A stretch of 64,000 nucleotides of DNA, taken from Camelus ferus. Lineage: Eukaryota. Made by a program: the position numbers and the translations under genes. Position 1 is the stretch's first letter; the number at the start of each line of letters is the position of its first letter. The notes beneath the pieces are model-generated. The model was not told the DNA's origin and ran no database searches. It was given only the letters and a program-made list of their open reading frames with translations. The stretch is taken from positions 60,328,001-60,392,000 of the forward strand of contig NC_045696.1 of the NCBI RefSeq assembly GCF_009834535.1, written 5' to 3'. This document shows, piece after piece, positions 11,811 through 24,689 of this stretch.

Positions 11811-13550
11811 CCTGAGAGAATCTTGCTCTTGGGTCTCTCACTTCCGTGCTTTCAGTCTGACTTGTTCCAGACTACTTTATAGCAGGAACATCTCAGATCC
11901 AATTTCTTCAAAGCATTCTCAACATTTTTTACATGGCCTTAGATGACATTTTTGAAGAGGCTTCAATCCCACACACACTTTGCTTCTCCATCAAAGGAGG
12001 TCACCCTGAACAGCATCTGTGGACTGTGGAATTTTCAGATACAGGTCAGGTGTTCTTGGGCTCAGAACACCCGGGGTATCCAGCCTCTGCTTTTCATCTC
12101 ACCTCCGAGAATGGGTTGGTTTGCTGCTATGAACTCTAATCCAAGAGAAGCCAGTCCTGCAATCACACAGGATGAGGACTCAGCCATCCCTCTGGAGCTG
12201 ACTCCTAGGGCTGCGGTGACATCTCCTGCCAGCCTGTCCTCCACCTAATTCAGGGCTTAACTTCACCCTGAGCTTCCATCCACAAAAGAGCTCTGGCTCG
12301 CGGATGAGCCCAATGAGATTGAGCCGCACTTTTCACAGCTTCCAAGATTCATCTCTTCATTGGAAAAATATTTTTCAAAAAAAATAGTAAAAAATGAAAG
12401 CTCAGTGAAGCACAAGGGACCCTTGGGAGTCCAATCAGGACTTAAAACTCGTTGCCAGTCGCTCTCTTTCTCCTGAACACGGCATTTGTCCTGGGACATT
12501 AAATCCCAAGCACGGTGCAACATTTCCGAGTGGTTTGGCATCTTCACAGCTGGTCCTCCCCTCATTAACAAAAGAGCAATAATAGCTAAGTTAACTTCAG
12601 TTTATCCGCTGGCTGACCCCACTGACTAGACTTTCTGAGGAGAACACCGGCCCAGCCTGCTTGGCACAGGGCTCGGCCAAGCTGGATGAGGCGCAGGTCT
12701 GAGCACATCTGATGGCAGGGCCGTGCGCTGGGCAGGCCGGCGAGCAGGACGTAAACACCTCATCAGGCTCCCTGATCGTGGCAGTCCCTGGGCCTCCCTG
12801 ACACGGGCGGGTATTTGGTCACCAGGACTGAAGGGCGTGGCCCTGGTCAGTCTGAAGGGTCAGAGGGATTTCAGGCGCCGTAGATGAGTCACTGGGAAGC
12901 CTTTTCTCTCCCTCCATCCCACCAACGAGATCCACAGACTGAGGGGATGACTCCGTCACTTGGCTCACTCAGGGTGGGGGCACCTGGGGAGGACACCCGC
13001 CTTGGTCCCCTTCTCTGCAGGTGACCACAGACGCAGCCCTCACATGTTCACAAGCTCATGCTCACACAGACAACCACTGAGCCCGGCCCTCTCCCCTCAA
13101 GTCCAGTTCTGAATCGTTCTCAAGGAAATAACCTTAACTTTGAGAACTTAGTGGACAAAGATATTTGTCAATGTGTCACCTACAATAATGTGAATAATAA
13201 AGGGGGGGAGCGGTCCTAAATGTCCATCTCTGAAAGGCTGAGGTATTTTAAATGCTTATAAAGAGTTTTTAGCTCCACAGAAAACTGTCCATGTTACATA
13301 TGATATATGTTAAATAAGAAAACTGTATACCATTTATAGGGTAAAAAAAAAGTTTGAATGCATACATTCAAGTAGACTAGAAAAATAGTCTTCAAAAAGA
13401 CTAGAAGCAAACATACCAAAATACTAATTGTGGTTGTCCATCCAATACAATTATGGGCAATTTCTTTTCCTTTCTTTTTTTATGTTTACAAATTTTCCAC
13501 CTTGTCTTTAATGAGTATAATTGACTTATTATAAAAAAAAATCTTTTAAA

Positions 13551-13626
13551 TATATATATAACTGAATCACTTTGCTGTACACTTGAAACACAACATTGTA
13601 AATCAACTATACTTCAATTTAAAAAA
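13551..13626 (+). mobile_element. Very short L1 3' terminus
   Basis: TATAACTGAATCACTTTGCTGTACAC...TGTAAATCAACTATACTTCAAT, near-identical to 56203-56260. Confidence 0.8.
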
Positions 13627-15493
13627 TGTTTAAATATTTTTTAGAAAAACAAACAAAATATACCACAGCCAAAAGCCTACTTTCTCCAGAAAGCTTTTCT
13701 ATAAACGAGTATCATTTCTTTTTTTTTAATTTCCATTTATACTCTCCCTGCTTTTCAAAATGATTTAAGTGGTTTATGAGAAAAACATAAGATAGGGAAA
13801 TAAAATAAGGAGCAAAGAAAGAAAAGAAAAAGAAAAGAAATTGGAAGAGAGAGAGGGAACACCCACAGCCCACAGCCTGAGGTCTCTGAATAGGCTCCAA
13901 GGTAAAATCCTGCAGTGATTTCCCTCAAACTAGAATTCAAGGCCCAGAGAGATCATTTTATGACCTTATGACTCTTCTGGCCAAGCCCACTCAGGCTGGG
14001 GCGGACCCCAGGGCCCACCCTTCCCGTGTGCCACGTTCCAGTGGATGAGAAGGAGCCCTGGGCTCGCACGGTAGACCTGTCTCATTCCTCTGCCCCTACC
14101 TTCCCAGTCCCTTAGGACTTCTGCCCACCTGACATCCCTCCACCATGTCAGACTCCCCAGTCCTGAGCTGGCTCCCACAGGGGCGTGGCGCACTGGCCCT
14201 CAATCCGACTCCCGGGGCCCCAGTCTCTCCCACACCCCTCATCTGCGGTCCAGCTGCACCTTGAGCTCATGTAGAGGGGTGCCCAGGTCAGGCACTGGTG
14301 TCTCCGGCTGGCTGGCACCTGCTGTCTGAGGCACAGGGTGAGGTCAGCTGCTCCAGAGTGCAGGGCTGAGCAGACACCACCTGCCATGGCCTCTCACAGC
14401 GGGTTTTCCTGCCTCATTTGCTGGTATCTGGAACAAAGGTTCTTAATTCTTCTAGTCATGGGCCCTTTTGAGAATCTGATGAAAGCACACTTTGATACCA
14501 TCTGGGGGGTTCCTTGAAAATTCCAAAGGGAAAATGGACCACGAGGTTCAGGACCTCTACTTTAGGGGTTGCCTCTGCACCCGAGACTTCTGCCAGACTC
14601 TGCAGGCACCTACCATGTCCCAAGCCTTGACTGCCACCACACCCTGCCTCAGAGTGGACGGGGCCAATGTTTTCCTGCTGTATCCCCTGCCACACAAGGA
14701 GGGGTCTCTCTGTACATGGGAAGGGTGTAAGTCCCCCAGGGGCATCCTGGGCAACTCTCTTCTCAACATAATGACAAACGGCCATTTACTGAGCACCTCC
14801 GACATGCCAGTCACTGGGCACCAAGTCCTTTACAATGTCATCCTTGATCCTCACAACTACACTGCAAGATCCGAGGTAAGGAAACCAGGCTCATGAAGAT
14901 GAAGAAGCTTGTCCAAAATCACACAGCAGATCTGCCTGTATCACAGCCCTTGCCTCAACTCCAGGAGGCTGGTCCCCAGATCCCCAGCAGAGAGACGCAC
15001 ACAGCCCAGGTTTCCTTCAACCCCACAAAACATGCCCAGAGATCACAGCATCTCCCCTTCTCCAACCGTGGGGGGCAGGCAGGGGGGTCTCCGTATGGAA
15101 TGCCACATTCACCATGGGGGGTTGTGCATAGCTGGGAAGAGACAGAGCCCAGCCTGGACCCCAGGTCTGTCTGGGGTTTTCCATCTATCACACTGTCTCC
15201 CTGTAATTCATCCTGAGTTGTTTCCCCGGAGATTTCTAAAGCTTTTTCTTTGCCTCTTGAACCTTTCAGCGACTCTGCTGGCAACCCGAGGGGGTTGGGG
15301 TGCTCTCACCCGATGTCCTCCATCTCTGAGAAGCCTGGGGTGCCCAGCGCCTGCACCTGCTGCGTGTGACTGTATCTGGATTTGACCTGAACGTCTGTTT
15401 CTGTATCCACAGGGAAAAAAATACCTTGGTCCCATTTGAGCTATGAGCTTTTAGGAAGAACAAAGATAGAACAGGGTGAGGAGAGAAAACAAA

Positions 15494-15494
<1 letters not shown>

Positions 15495-15550
<56 letters not shown>
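15495..15550 (+). repeat. Perfect (CA)28 microsatellite
   Basis: 56 bp of uninterrupted CA. Confidence 0.97.
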
Positions 15551-15551
<1 letters not shown>

Positions 15552-17399
15552 GCTAAAACAGGCAGAGGGAAGATACTCGAAGGCTTAGCCCTTCCTCTCA
15601 GCACTCAGGTAACGTGGCTTCTTGGTGTGCCACCAGTGGTGCTGTCGTTCTGCAGGGCCCGAGTCTGCGCCCAAAGAATGTCATGGGACCCCACCTACCT
15701 TGCCTGGGCCAAAGGGGTCAGCCCTGGTCACAAGTTGCGACAAAGCGCAGCTCCCTCAGGGCTGGGCTGGGCCCCACACCCTCTGGGAAGGTGGCTGCTG
15801 GGAAGCTCTATGTGGCACCTGTGGTGTCCCCACCCCCAGCCAACTCCGTCTCTGGGGTCTGCTGAATTTAGAAGAGGCTGTTGGGAAGTCATCAGCCCCC
15901 GCATGTGGGTGTCGGATTGCGACCGCTGACTAACTTAGAAAGCGAGATTTCTAAAAATGACGCTGGCACTGTGGGCCCTGCCACCCCTCTGCGAGCTGCG
16001 GCTCCAGGCGGGGCGGCGGGCTTCCGGGCCTGGCTTTCTTCTTGGCTCGGGTCCCCCACCCCTCGACCAGCGAGACAGCCCTTTCCTGGGAACAGACAAT
16101 GGGAGAGGCTGGTCCAACCAGGAATAGAAAGAGCAGAGGGAGGGCCCGGGAGAGAGGAAGGCGGGAGGGGCACACTGCCCAGACCCAAAGGGCGGCCTGG
16201 GGCCTGACGGATCACAGGAAGAGCCGCTCTGCAAGGAAAAGGAAAGGAGAGGCCGAGGTTCTGGGAAGGGACACACAGACCAAAACAACGCCTGGGGGTG
16301 GGGAGGGCAAGAGAAGGCCACCAAGAGCTCACTGAGCATCCCCAGAGGAGGAGGAAGTACAGTAGGGTGTGCAGTAAGGGAAGTACAGATGGTGCACCAA
16401 GCATCGCACTGGACGTGGCTCCTCCTGAGGGCCCCCTCCTCAGTGGAGCCCGACGGGAACCCAGGATGGTCTGCCCAGCGCTGGTCACCACCTCAGCCAC
16501 TCTGGGATTCTGTCTCATGGGGACAGACACCTGCAGCTTGGCGGAGAGGGCAACAAGTCTGAAATCAACAAAGAGAGGTCGGTGACAAAGAGAAGAAAGG
16601 CGTGCCCAGGGCCCCATCTTGCCACTGCAGCCTCACAGAGCTCCTGCCCACGCAGCCCTGCACTCAGTTACGGCCCAAGCCCAGACAGTCTGACGTGGGC
16701 ACAGACGGGCAGTGAGACCCAGCACGCCCCGGCTGCCTGGGCTGCTCAGCGGGGCTTTCCTCCCCTGGGCTTTGGCGTGAGGTCCTGGGAGCTACAGTGG
16801 GTGAGGCAGCCACAGTCACAAGAAGGAAGGATGCACCCAAACTAAGCTCAAAGAGCACTGCTTAGGAGAGGTCCGGGCTGTTCTCCTCCTCCCTGGGGTG
16901 GAGCCTGAGGCCCTGAAGATCTCTGGGAGAAAGGGAGAACTGTGACAGGACCAAGGGTCAGGACCCCTGCCTTCACACCCTGCTTCTGCCACAGACCCGC
17001 TGTGGGACTGTAGGTGAGCACTTTCCCCTTCGAAAAGCAAATTCTGACTCCGTCCATCTGGGATGGGCCAAGATTCTGCGTTCTAAATGAGCACCCAAGT
17101 GATGCAGAGCATGCTCCCAGTAGCAGATACCACATGGTTTTTCAGAACCCTTCTCTTTCTGAAGGTTGTGTGAATGAAAAATACTGCAAACCATATCAGT
17201 AAACAAAGAATGTTGAAACCATCGACTTCCCCCAGTGAAGACAAGCCTGCAGCCCAACCTCTGCGGCCACTCACAATGGTGCACTCTGAGGGGGCTCAGA
17301 ATAATAAAGGACAGGATACTGGCCCTAGACAGCTAGGTGCTTGTCAAAGGAATGAATTCAATGAGCCCAAATGTGTGCTTCCTCCCATACATAGAAAAG

Positions 17400-17638
17400 C
17401 ACTAAATTCTTTTAACTGGAGATGCCTGGTTTTCTTTAGAAAACAGGTAATCTTTTATTGTTCCAACTACCTGGTCTTTGTTGTTAAGCTCCTGTATATC
17501 CTGGCTCCTCCCCTACTTCTTTAGAGCAGTCCCTCAGAGCCATCTGAGAGACTATCATCCCAGTTCCCGGCTCGAGTCCTCCCGCCAAATAAAACATAAG
17601 GTCTCAACTTTCAGGCTGTGCATTTATTTCAGTTGACA
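17400..17638 (+). mobile_element. ERV1-type LTR 3' part (MER34/MER39-group-like)
   Basis: CTTTAGAGCAGTCCCTCAGAGCCATCTGAGAGACT...CAAATAAAAC...TTTCAGTTGACA terminus. 5' boundary uncertain (possibly TGTCAA at 17342). Confidence 0.6.
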
Positions 17639-20114
17639 GTTGCCAGCCAGAAGCCCATTCTCAAGACTCAGGGCACATAGTCCCAATCCGCCATTGATTT
17701 CCAGCGGCAGATGTAAAATTCCAAACCAGCTTCCAGAACTTGTCAGCACTGCCCCCTACCTCCTATTACCCTTCCCTTTCTCTGTGGCTGTTGGTACAAG
17801 GTGTGCTCCAGACTGTGAACTGAGGTCACTACCACATTTTTAATCTGTTCATGAAACACAGCAATTATGAGTTACGAGTACTGCCTCTAGATAGTCCATT
17901 ATTACAGTCACAGGTGCCGTCCATTAGTGCAGATACTGAAAGCTTCAAGCTCTAATTCACTGGCCCATTTTAACAATGGAGGCAACTGCAGCTCAGAGAC
18001 AGAAGCCAGCTACTCAAAAGGCATGAGTTGAAAGTGGGAAGTAACCCTAGTTTCCAGTCCCATTTAGAGTCCACCAAATACTAAGTCCCCATCTGCTGGA
18101 CTCTCCCAGTCAAGTGGGTGACAACAGGCCAGTCCACTATAGGTGCCATAGAGATACTGTGAAATTGAACTGGATCAGGCTGTATTGGCTTGGACTGTAC
18201 TGATGGTGGACTGGAGGGATGGAAGAGGCAATAGTGATGGCTTTGGAAGAGGACCCCAAGCAGCCACCCACAGCGCGGATTTCCCTCCCCAAGTCCCCAT
18301 GGGACTTCTGGGCAGTGAGCCAGGAGCCTTCCCCAGACCACAACCCCGTCTCTGGCTTCAGCCCTCTTGAGTTTGGTCCTCCAAAGGGAGGGTGGAGTGA
18401 GGATGTGAGCAGGGTTTCCAGCTCCGAGGCCCCCACCCAGAGAGAAAATACACAGAGGGAGGGCTGGGCATTCCAGCAGTGGCCAGAAGGGAAGTGTGAA
18501 GTGGGGCTGGGCCTGCCCAAAGGGCGCAGGGAGGAGCCGCCTGGAGCCTCCAGGCCCCCAGGGAAGGCCTCCACCCTCCAAGACAACTGGCTGTCCGGAA
18601 CAGCTGGAAAAGCCCCCAGGGCCGGGAAACCCAGGGCATGAAGTGCCTGGGTTGGGGGGATGTCAGGGCAGCCCCCTTGGGAGGGGGTGGCTGAAAGTTT
18701 CCAGTAAGAAGAGAAGCTCCTGCCAACCCTTACAATCTCAGGCAGCCAGTCCTGGAGTTCCTTCTGAGCAAAGGATTCCTCACTTACGAAAGGGACGATG
18801 AACCTTTTCCTGATGAAGAATGAATTCTAACATCCAAGAACTTGTTCCATCCTCTGACATGGGCTCTATTTTAAATGCTTATCGAAACTTTCCTTATAAC
18901 GGCCTTGGGGTCAGCAAGTTGAGATGAGAAGAGATTTTCCCCTGGAGAGGCCCTAGAATGTTAAGGAACTCACACCTCACCTGGACCCAGGACACAAAGA
19001 AGTATCTTGAGACAATAACAGGGATTGTCACCGACGTTGAACAAGGGTTTGTGCCGGGCACTGTTCCAAGTGCTCTCTATATATCCGCTCACAACCTCCT
19101 GATGAGGTAGGTGCATTTGTCAGGTAAGGAAATGAGAGCACAGGGAGGAGACCAGACCCAACCTAAGGCTGCAGAGCATCTGGGAGGGGAGCCAGGAGCC
19201 CAGCTGGTCAGGCCAGACGGAGGGGACTACAGAGCCCCCACCCCCTAGCCCGCAGGGCCCCCACTGGCCTGCCCAACACCACTTTCAGCTCAAAGGAGCC
19301 CTGAGAAAGGAAAATCTGGCCTTCTTATCTCCTGGGGGAAAGGAATGCACTCTCCCGCCAGGATAAGAGGCTGTTTTGACAGGAAGTCTCCACCCAGGCT
19401 GTGGGTTCCTCCCAGCCACCACTTACTCCTTCTGACTGTCCCTGCCTCTGGTGTACACCCTCCTGTATCCCCCCAAATAATTTAACCCAACTGGGGGTCC
19501 CCCACATCAGCTGCCCCCCACAGCTCCAATCTCCGTGGGGGTTCAGCTTTCTGACCTGGGAGTCACTCCCCACCCCATTGCCTGGACACTCTCCAGGCAG
19601 GCAGCTGAGCAGGGGGTGGGAGGACAGGGGGCCCCCTTCAGGGGGCAGTCAGCATAGACAGTTATGCAAGCAGGGCCACCCTCCTGCCAAGCATCATGCT
19701 GGAAATATCCAGACTCCCACATTCCCCATTCTGCAGCCATGGGCAGTTCTCCCCACCACCTCAAGCACAACCCAAAAAAGAAATGGAATCCCAGAGCAGA
19801 AGACTCAGTATCACAGGACCATAGACTGTCTGGCCCATAGAAGACTGCTGCAGGGGTCTTTAGTCTTCAGTTCATTTTATAAACAGGAAGACTGAGGCCC
19901 AAAAAAGGAGAACCCCACACCATGAAGTTAGCAACTGGTCAGGCAAGACCAGAACCCCCATCCAATGTGTCCTTTGGGCCTCCACGGGCCCTCTGATGAC
20001 ACTTGTCTCTGCTGTCACTGCCTGTTACCTGCCAGGTCGGGGGAGGAACCGTGCTGTCTTATTTCTGGTGTGTCTCCATGGCCTAGACCCACGGGGTATG
20101 CAAAAGCTTTAATA

Positions 20115-20570
20115 CTTTATTAATAAGCCACAGACACAACCCCAGTGTGCATCAACAGATGAGCAGACAAACGGCACACGGCATATCTGTACACTGTGTA
20201 CTCTTCAGCCACCACAAAGAACGAAGTGCTGACGCTGCTCCAACACAGATGAGTCTCGAAAACATTACGCTAAGTGGAAAAACCACAGAAGGACAAGTAT
20301 TGTACAATCCCACTTACGTGAAGTATCTGGAATAGGTAAATTCATAGAGGCAAAATAGAATAGAGGCCCATCCAGGGCTGGGGGGAGGAAGGGGGAGTTT
20401 TTGCTTCATAGAAGTAGCTTTTGCTTGGGGTGATGAAAATGTTTTAGAAGCAGATAGTTACGAGGGTTGTACAACATGGTGAATATAGCTAATGCCACTG
20501 AATTGCACATTTTAGAATGGTTAAAATGGCAAATTTTATGCTATATATATATTTCCACAATAAAAACAAA
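20115..20570 (+). mobile_element. Old L1 (L1MB-like) 3' end
   Basis: GAAAACATTACGCTAAGTG...AAGGACAAGTATTGTA...GGTGATGAAAATGTTTTAGAA...CCACAATAAAAA. Confidence 0.8.
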
Positions 20571-21439
20571 TAAGCAAGGGACCACCTCCAGCATCCCTGC
20601 TTCTGGCCTGGGCTCCTCTCTGCTTTGCGGGTATGGAATAGAGAATATAGGAAGCTTTCCGGCCAAGGCTGATCAGAGAGGGAGCGGCAAAGCTGCAGGT
20701 ACAGAGTAGTCCCAGATGTGGACCCCGACTCTCCCGCCACAGCAAGCCGCCTCCTGGGACAGAAGCAGAAGAGTGTAAGCTATGGCTCTCAGCTGCCGCA
20801 AGGCCAGTGAGGCTGCCAGTGAAACACCTGACCGCGCAAGACTCCTCTGGGCTGGCCTGGGCAGGCAGCAGCATGTTCTCAGGAGCTCAGGTGGAAATTA
20901 TGGATCCTCTGCTGATGTCTAGAAATCATGGGGTTTTATTTAGGGGTCACAGGTGGGGGGCTTTGAGGCAGAGCTGTCGAGAAGCACAGACTGTGATTTC
21001 TCAACGACACAGAAAACTTCAGCAGAGTCAAGGGCACTGTCCCAATCTTGTTTTTTGGCACATGTTCTCCTGGTCACTGGGACCCAGGCCTGGGAGCGGT
21101 GGGTCCCACTTAATGAGAGCTGGCCTGGAATAAACATGCCTTTAACTGGGCTGTCCTGGGTGAGAGCAAAGAGAAAGTAGGCCAGGGACGCTCCTCTAGG
21201 GGACTTGGATGATGCGCCCCTCCCCTGATACGTGAAGTCTGGTCTGGGGCCAGCAGCGTCAGCGTCAGCATCACCACCACTGAGAGCTGGTGAGAACTGC
21301 AGAATCTCGGCTCTCCCCTCCCCTGCCCCCACCTGTGGATGGAACCTTTATTCTCACAGGATCCCCAGGTCTTGCAGCTTGAGAAGCGCTGTCTTAGACT
21401 ATAACCCAGGGGCCTCCCAGGACCTACTCTTCCAGGATG

Positions 21440-21690
21440 AACAACGATAATGATAATTATTATTTATTACGCACCCATTCCATGCCAGCTATGACACTAG
21501 GCCTCTTACATATATTATCCTATGTTATGCTCAGACAACCCAGTAAAGCAGGCGTTATTACCTGCTCCTCAGAAATGAGGAGAGCGGTCAGAAGGGTTAA
21601 CTAACTCGACCAAGTCCATGCAATGAGTTAGAGCTGGGCTGGAATTTGAACACAGAGGTCTGAGTCCAAAGCCATGGCTCTGACAACTGT
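21440..21690 (-). mobile_element. MIR SINE
   Basis: AATAATTATTATTTATT...TGCCAG...AATGAGGA...GGGTTAACTAACTCGACCAAG...GGAATTTGAACACAG. Confidence 0.7.
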
Positions 21691-24289
21691 AGTAAATATG
21701 ATGCAATCTTTCAAATCGGGCCAACACTTACAGTCACTTGTCAACTCTCTATGGGGCCCAGAAATTCACTGGCAAATGCAATCCCCGGGGTGGTATTCTA
21801 GGGGCTGCTCCGTTGTCTGGAGCTGGCCTGGGGTCCAGAGCCTGTGTGCTGGGGTTGGGCTAACCCTGTGGCAGAGGGCTCACTATTTCTTCAGATCACG
21901 GCCCTGAAGGTGAATTTGCATGGTCCGGCCCCCAGCAAGCATTAAGCCTGGTACTGGAGAGACAAATAAATTAGATGGTGAGCAGGCTTAGGGTCCCTCC
22001 TGCCACAAGCTTGGGAACCTCTAGCGCTGGACCTGTCAGGGACCTGGAGTTCATGATTTGGGGCTTCATCTACCGTCAGCCCCCAGGAGGCAGCATTCTC
22101 CTGCCAAAGGCACCCACAGCAAATCACTCCCCGCTGGCAGCACCCGCAGGCTCCAAGGTCACAGCACCCAGACCAGCCTCCCGGAGCCCAGCCCAGCTCA
22201 GCTGGCCCTCTCTGCACCACCCACTGTCGGCCTGGGAGTGTCTAGCTGGTTCTCTGTGGCTGGAGATGGCCACCTCACTCCCTACCCGAATGTGAGTGAC
22301 TTGAGGACATGTCTTCCTGCCCTTATGCCCCTCACAGATCCACGAAAATGCCTCTCAACTCAGTAAGTGCCCCCAAAATGCCTGAGGCAAAGTGCCACCC
22401 TTTGCCCCTTCACAGCCACGCAGAGTGCATCCTTCTCGCCTCCCACAGCCAGAGGCCCCCTTCTGCTAGGAGGGAGGAGCAGAGGCAGGAGACGCGAGCC
22501 CATCCCTCAGGGTGTCACCCGCCACTTCCCTGGAACTCCCAGCTGCTTGGGGCGAGGCAGGCGCGGCCCAGCAGTGAGAAGGCCCTCCCAAGCCCATGAT
22601 TTCATACTTCAGGCATCTACCCCCAGACCGCTGGCCAGGGAGCCTGGCGAGCCAAGCCCCCTCCTGCTCATGGAGCTGGAGCAGACGCAGGGACGGAGCC
22701 CGGCAGCGCTAGCTCTGGTTTCCTTCTGCAGCCGTGACCGGGTCCCCTCGGCCTAACGGTTCCTTTCTCTGCTTTCCACAGCCAAAGCCAGCAAATGAAA
22801 ATAATCCAATGCCGAGAGAAGGAGGGCCTTGGAGCCAGAGGCCTGGGATTCTGGTCACTCTTTTTTCATCAGAGGCAAACTCAGAACAAGTTGCCTGTCC
22901 CTCTCCCTCCTCCAGCCAGGCAGGAGTGAGGACCACTGCCCCCAGAAAACCTCCTATCAAGGCCTGGACCCCCAAAGCCAGAAAGTCAGGGTACCTAAAT
23001 GTTCTACCAGACAAATGGTAAAGTTTCGTCTCCCCTAACTTTAAATACAAGAACCACCAACACAGAATGTTATTCCATAGGCAGAACAAACAAAAGAATG
23101 TGCTCTGCTTTCTACTTAGGTGAGTAAGTGAGCGGATGGGAGAGGGATGACCAAATGGACACAGGAAAGAGAGGGGGAAAGATGGAGGAGGAAAAACAGA
23201 GAAAGACTGACCACCCAAAAGGAAGAAAGAATGAGGCAGGAAAAAGGGAGGAGAGAAATCAGGTGTGTTTCAAGGAATGCTGGAGATCACAATTTTGCTG
23301 GTTCGGTTTGCAAAAGTTCAGAAATCCTTATCCAGGCCTGAGCCTTTGTTTATAGTTCCTCGCTGTTCTAATCCTTAAAAATTCCTCTGTTCAAATCCTT
23401 AATCTTTCCCCTTTGGGGGTCAAAGATGCCTTCAAGAATCTGGCAGTAGTTCTGGGTCTTCTCCTAGAAAAATATACTTATTCACATAAAATTTTGCCTG
23501 CAATTTCAGGGGCTCATGGATCCTGTTAAAAACACTTACTCTAGAAGCTCCACCCTGACTGAGAGACCCTAAAGGCCAGAGCAAAAACACCCCCACTGCC
23601 AGATTAAACTAAGATAGAGGTGGATGTGTTGAATCTTACAAGTATTCAAGCCATCACATCAGGCTGTTAACTATACCACTGGCTTCACTGATAGAATTCT
23701 GAGACCTAAACACCCTCTCCTTGTTACTATCCCAACAGTGGTACTAGAAGCAAGGTTCACTACTCAAAGGAGCCAGCTATGTGCATGGGTGGTTATTATG
23801 CAAAGGTCTGCCTTTGGCCCAGGTAACAGTGTGGGCTTACCTTGAAATCAACCCTTTGCAGATCAAAGGGATTAAGTCACACACATGCAGTAGCTCCCCG
23901 ATCTGAATGTGCATAAGAATTACCAATGTGCTGGCTTAAAATGCAGGTGACTAGGTCAAAATTTGAGAGTCTGGTTCAGATATTTTTTAACAAGTGTCTA
24001 GGTCACCCCAGTGCAGGCAGTCTCCAGACCAGTCTCTAAGACACATTGGTCTTGTAGAAAATTGCAAGCCTGGGAGGCCAAGCTCCTGGCCCAGCAGATC
24101 TGCAGATTCCCTGCTCATTGTGGCCTCCTCCTCACACACCGGGGGCAGGACTGGGCTCCCGGGTAAGGTGCCCTGTTACTAGGTTTGGACCACTGCATCA
24201 GAAAGGCTACCTTTACGGAGTAGAAAAGGTAAATGAACACACGGGGCATAAAAGGTATAGAGCCAGGTGGAACCGACCAAGGGCCTCTA

Positions 24290-24430
24290 AGGCAGTGGTT
24301 CCTAGATCTGTCAGCACAGGAAGAATCACCTGGAGTACTTTTACAATTCAGATTCCCAGGCCTTGGGCCATTAGGAAACATACATGATTCTACTAGTGAG
24401 CCTCCCCAGGGGTTCTGACAGTGGTTCTGA
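24290..24430. mobile_element. hAT-Charlie MITE (MER5A-like)
   Basis: GGCAGTGGTTCC...AGAATCACCTGGAG...CAGATTCCCAGGCC...CCTCCCCAGGGTTCTGA. Confidence 0.55.
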
Positions 24431-24689
24431 GCTTGTTCGTTTATGGTACCCATGGTCGACAGGGTATTTTGATCAAGATATCAGACCATTATTGTAAGAA
24501 TACTTTGAAAAAATAAGAGGCTCTTAAAATTCTCCAGTGAACACCAGTGAACATCACCAGGGTTTCCTTTTCCGGGCCTCATTCCTCTCCTCCTCCCCCC
24601 CTCCTCCCCCCTCGTTCGTTGTAGAAACTAACTGGAGGAGGCGGCCACGCTGGAGTGGCCTGAATGGGTCCAGATGACGAGGATTTTGA

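Noticed and set aside
15892..16617. 241-aa minus-strand ORF
   Set aside because: No recognisable domain, Pro/Gly/Ser/Leu-rich, lies in GC-rich intron with several overlapping ORFs on both strands. Consistent with chance.
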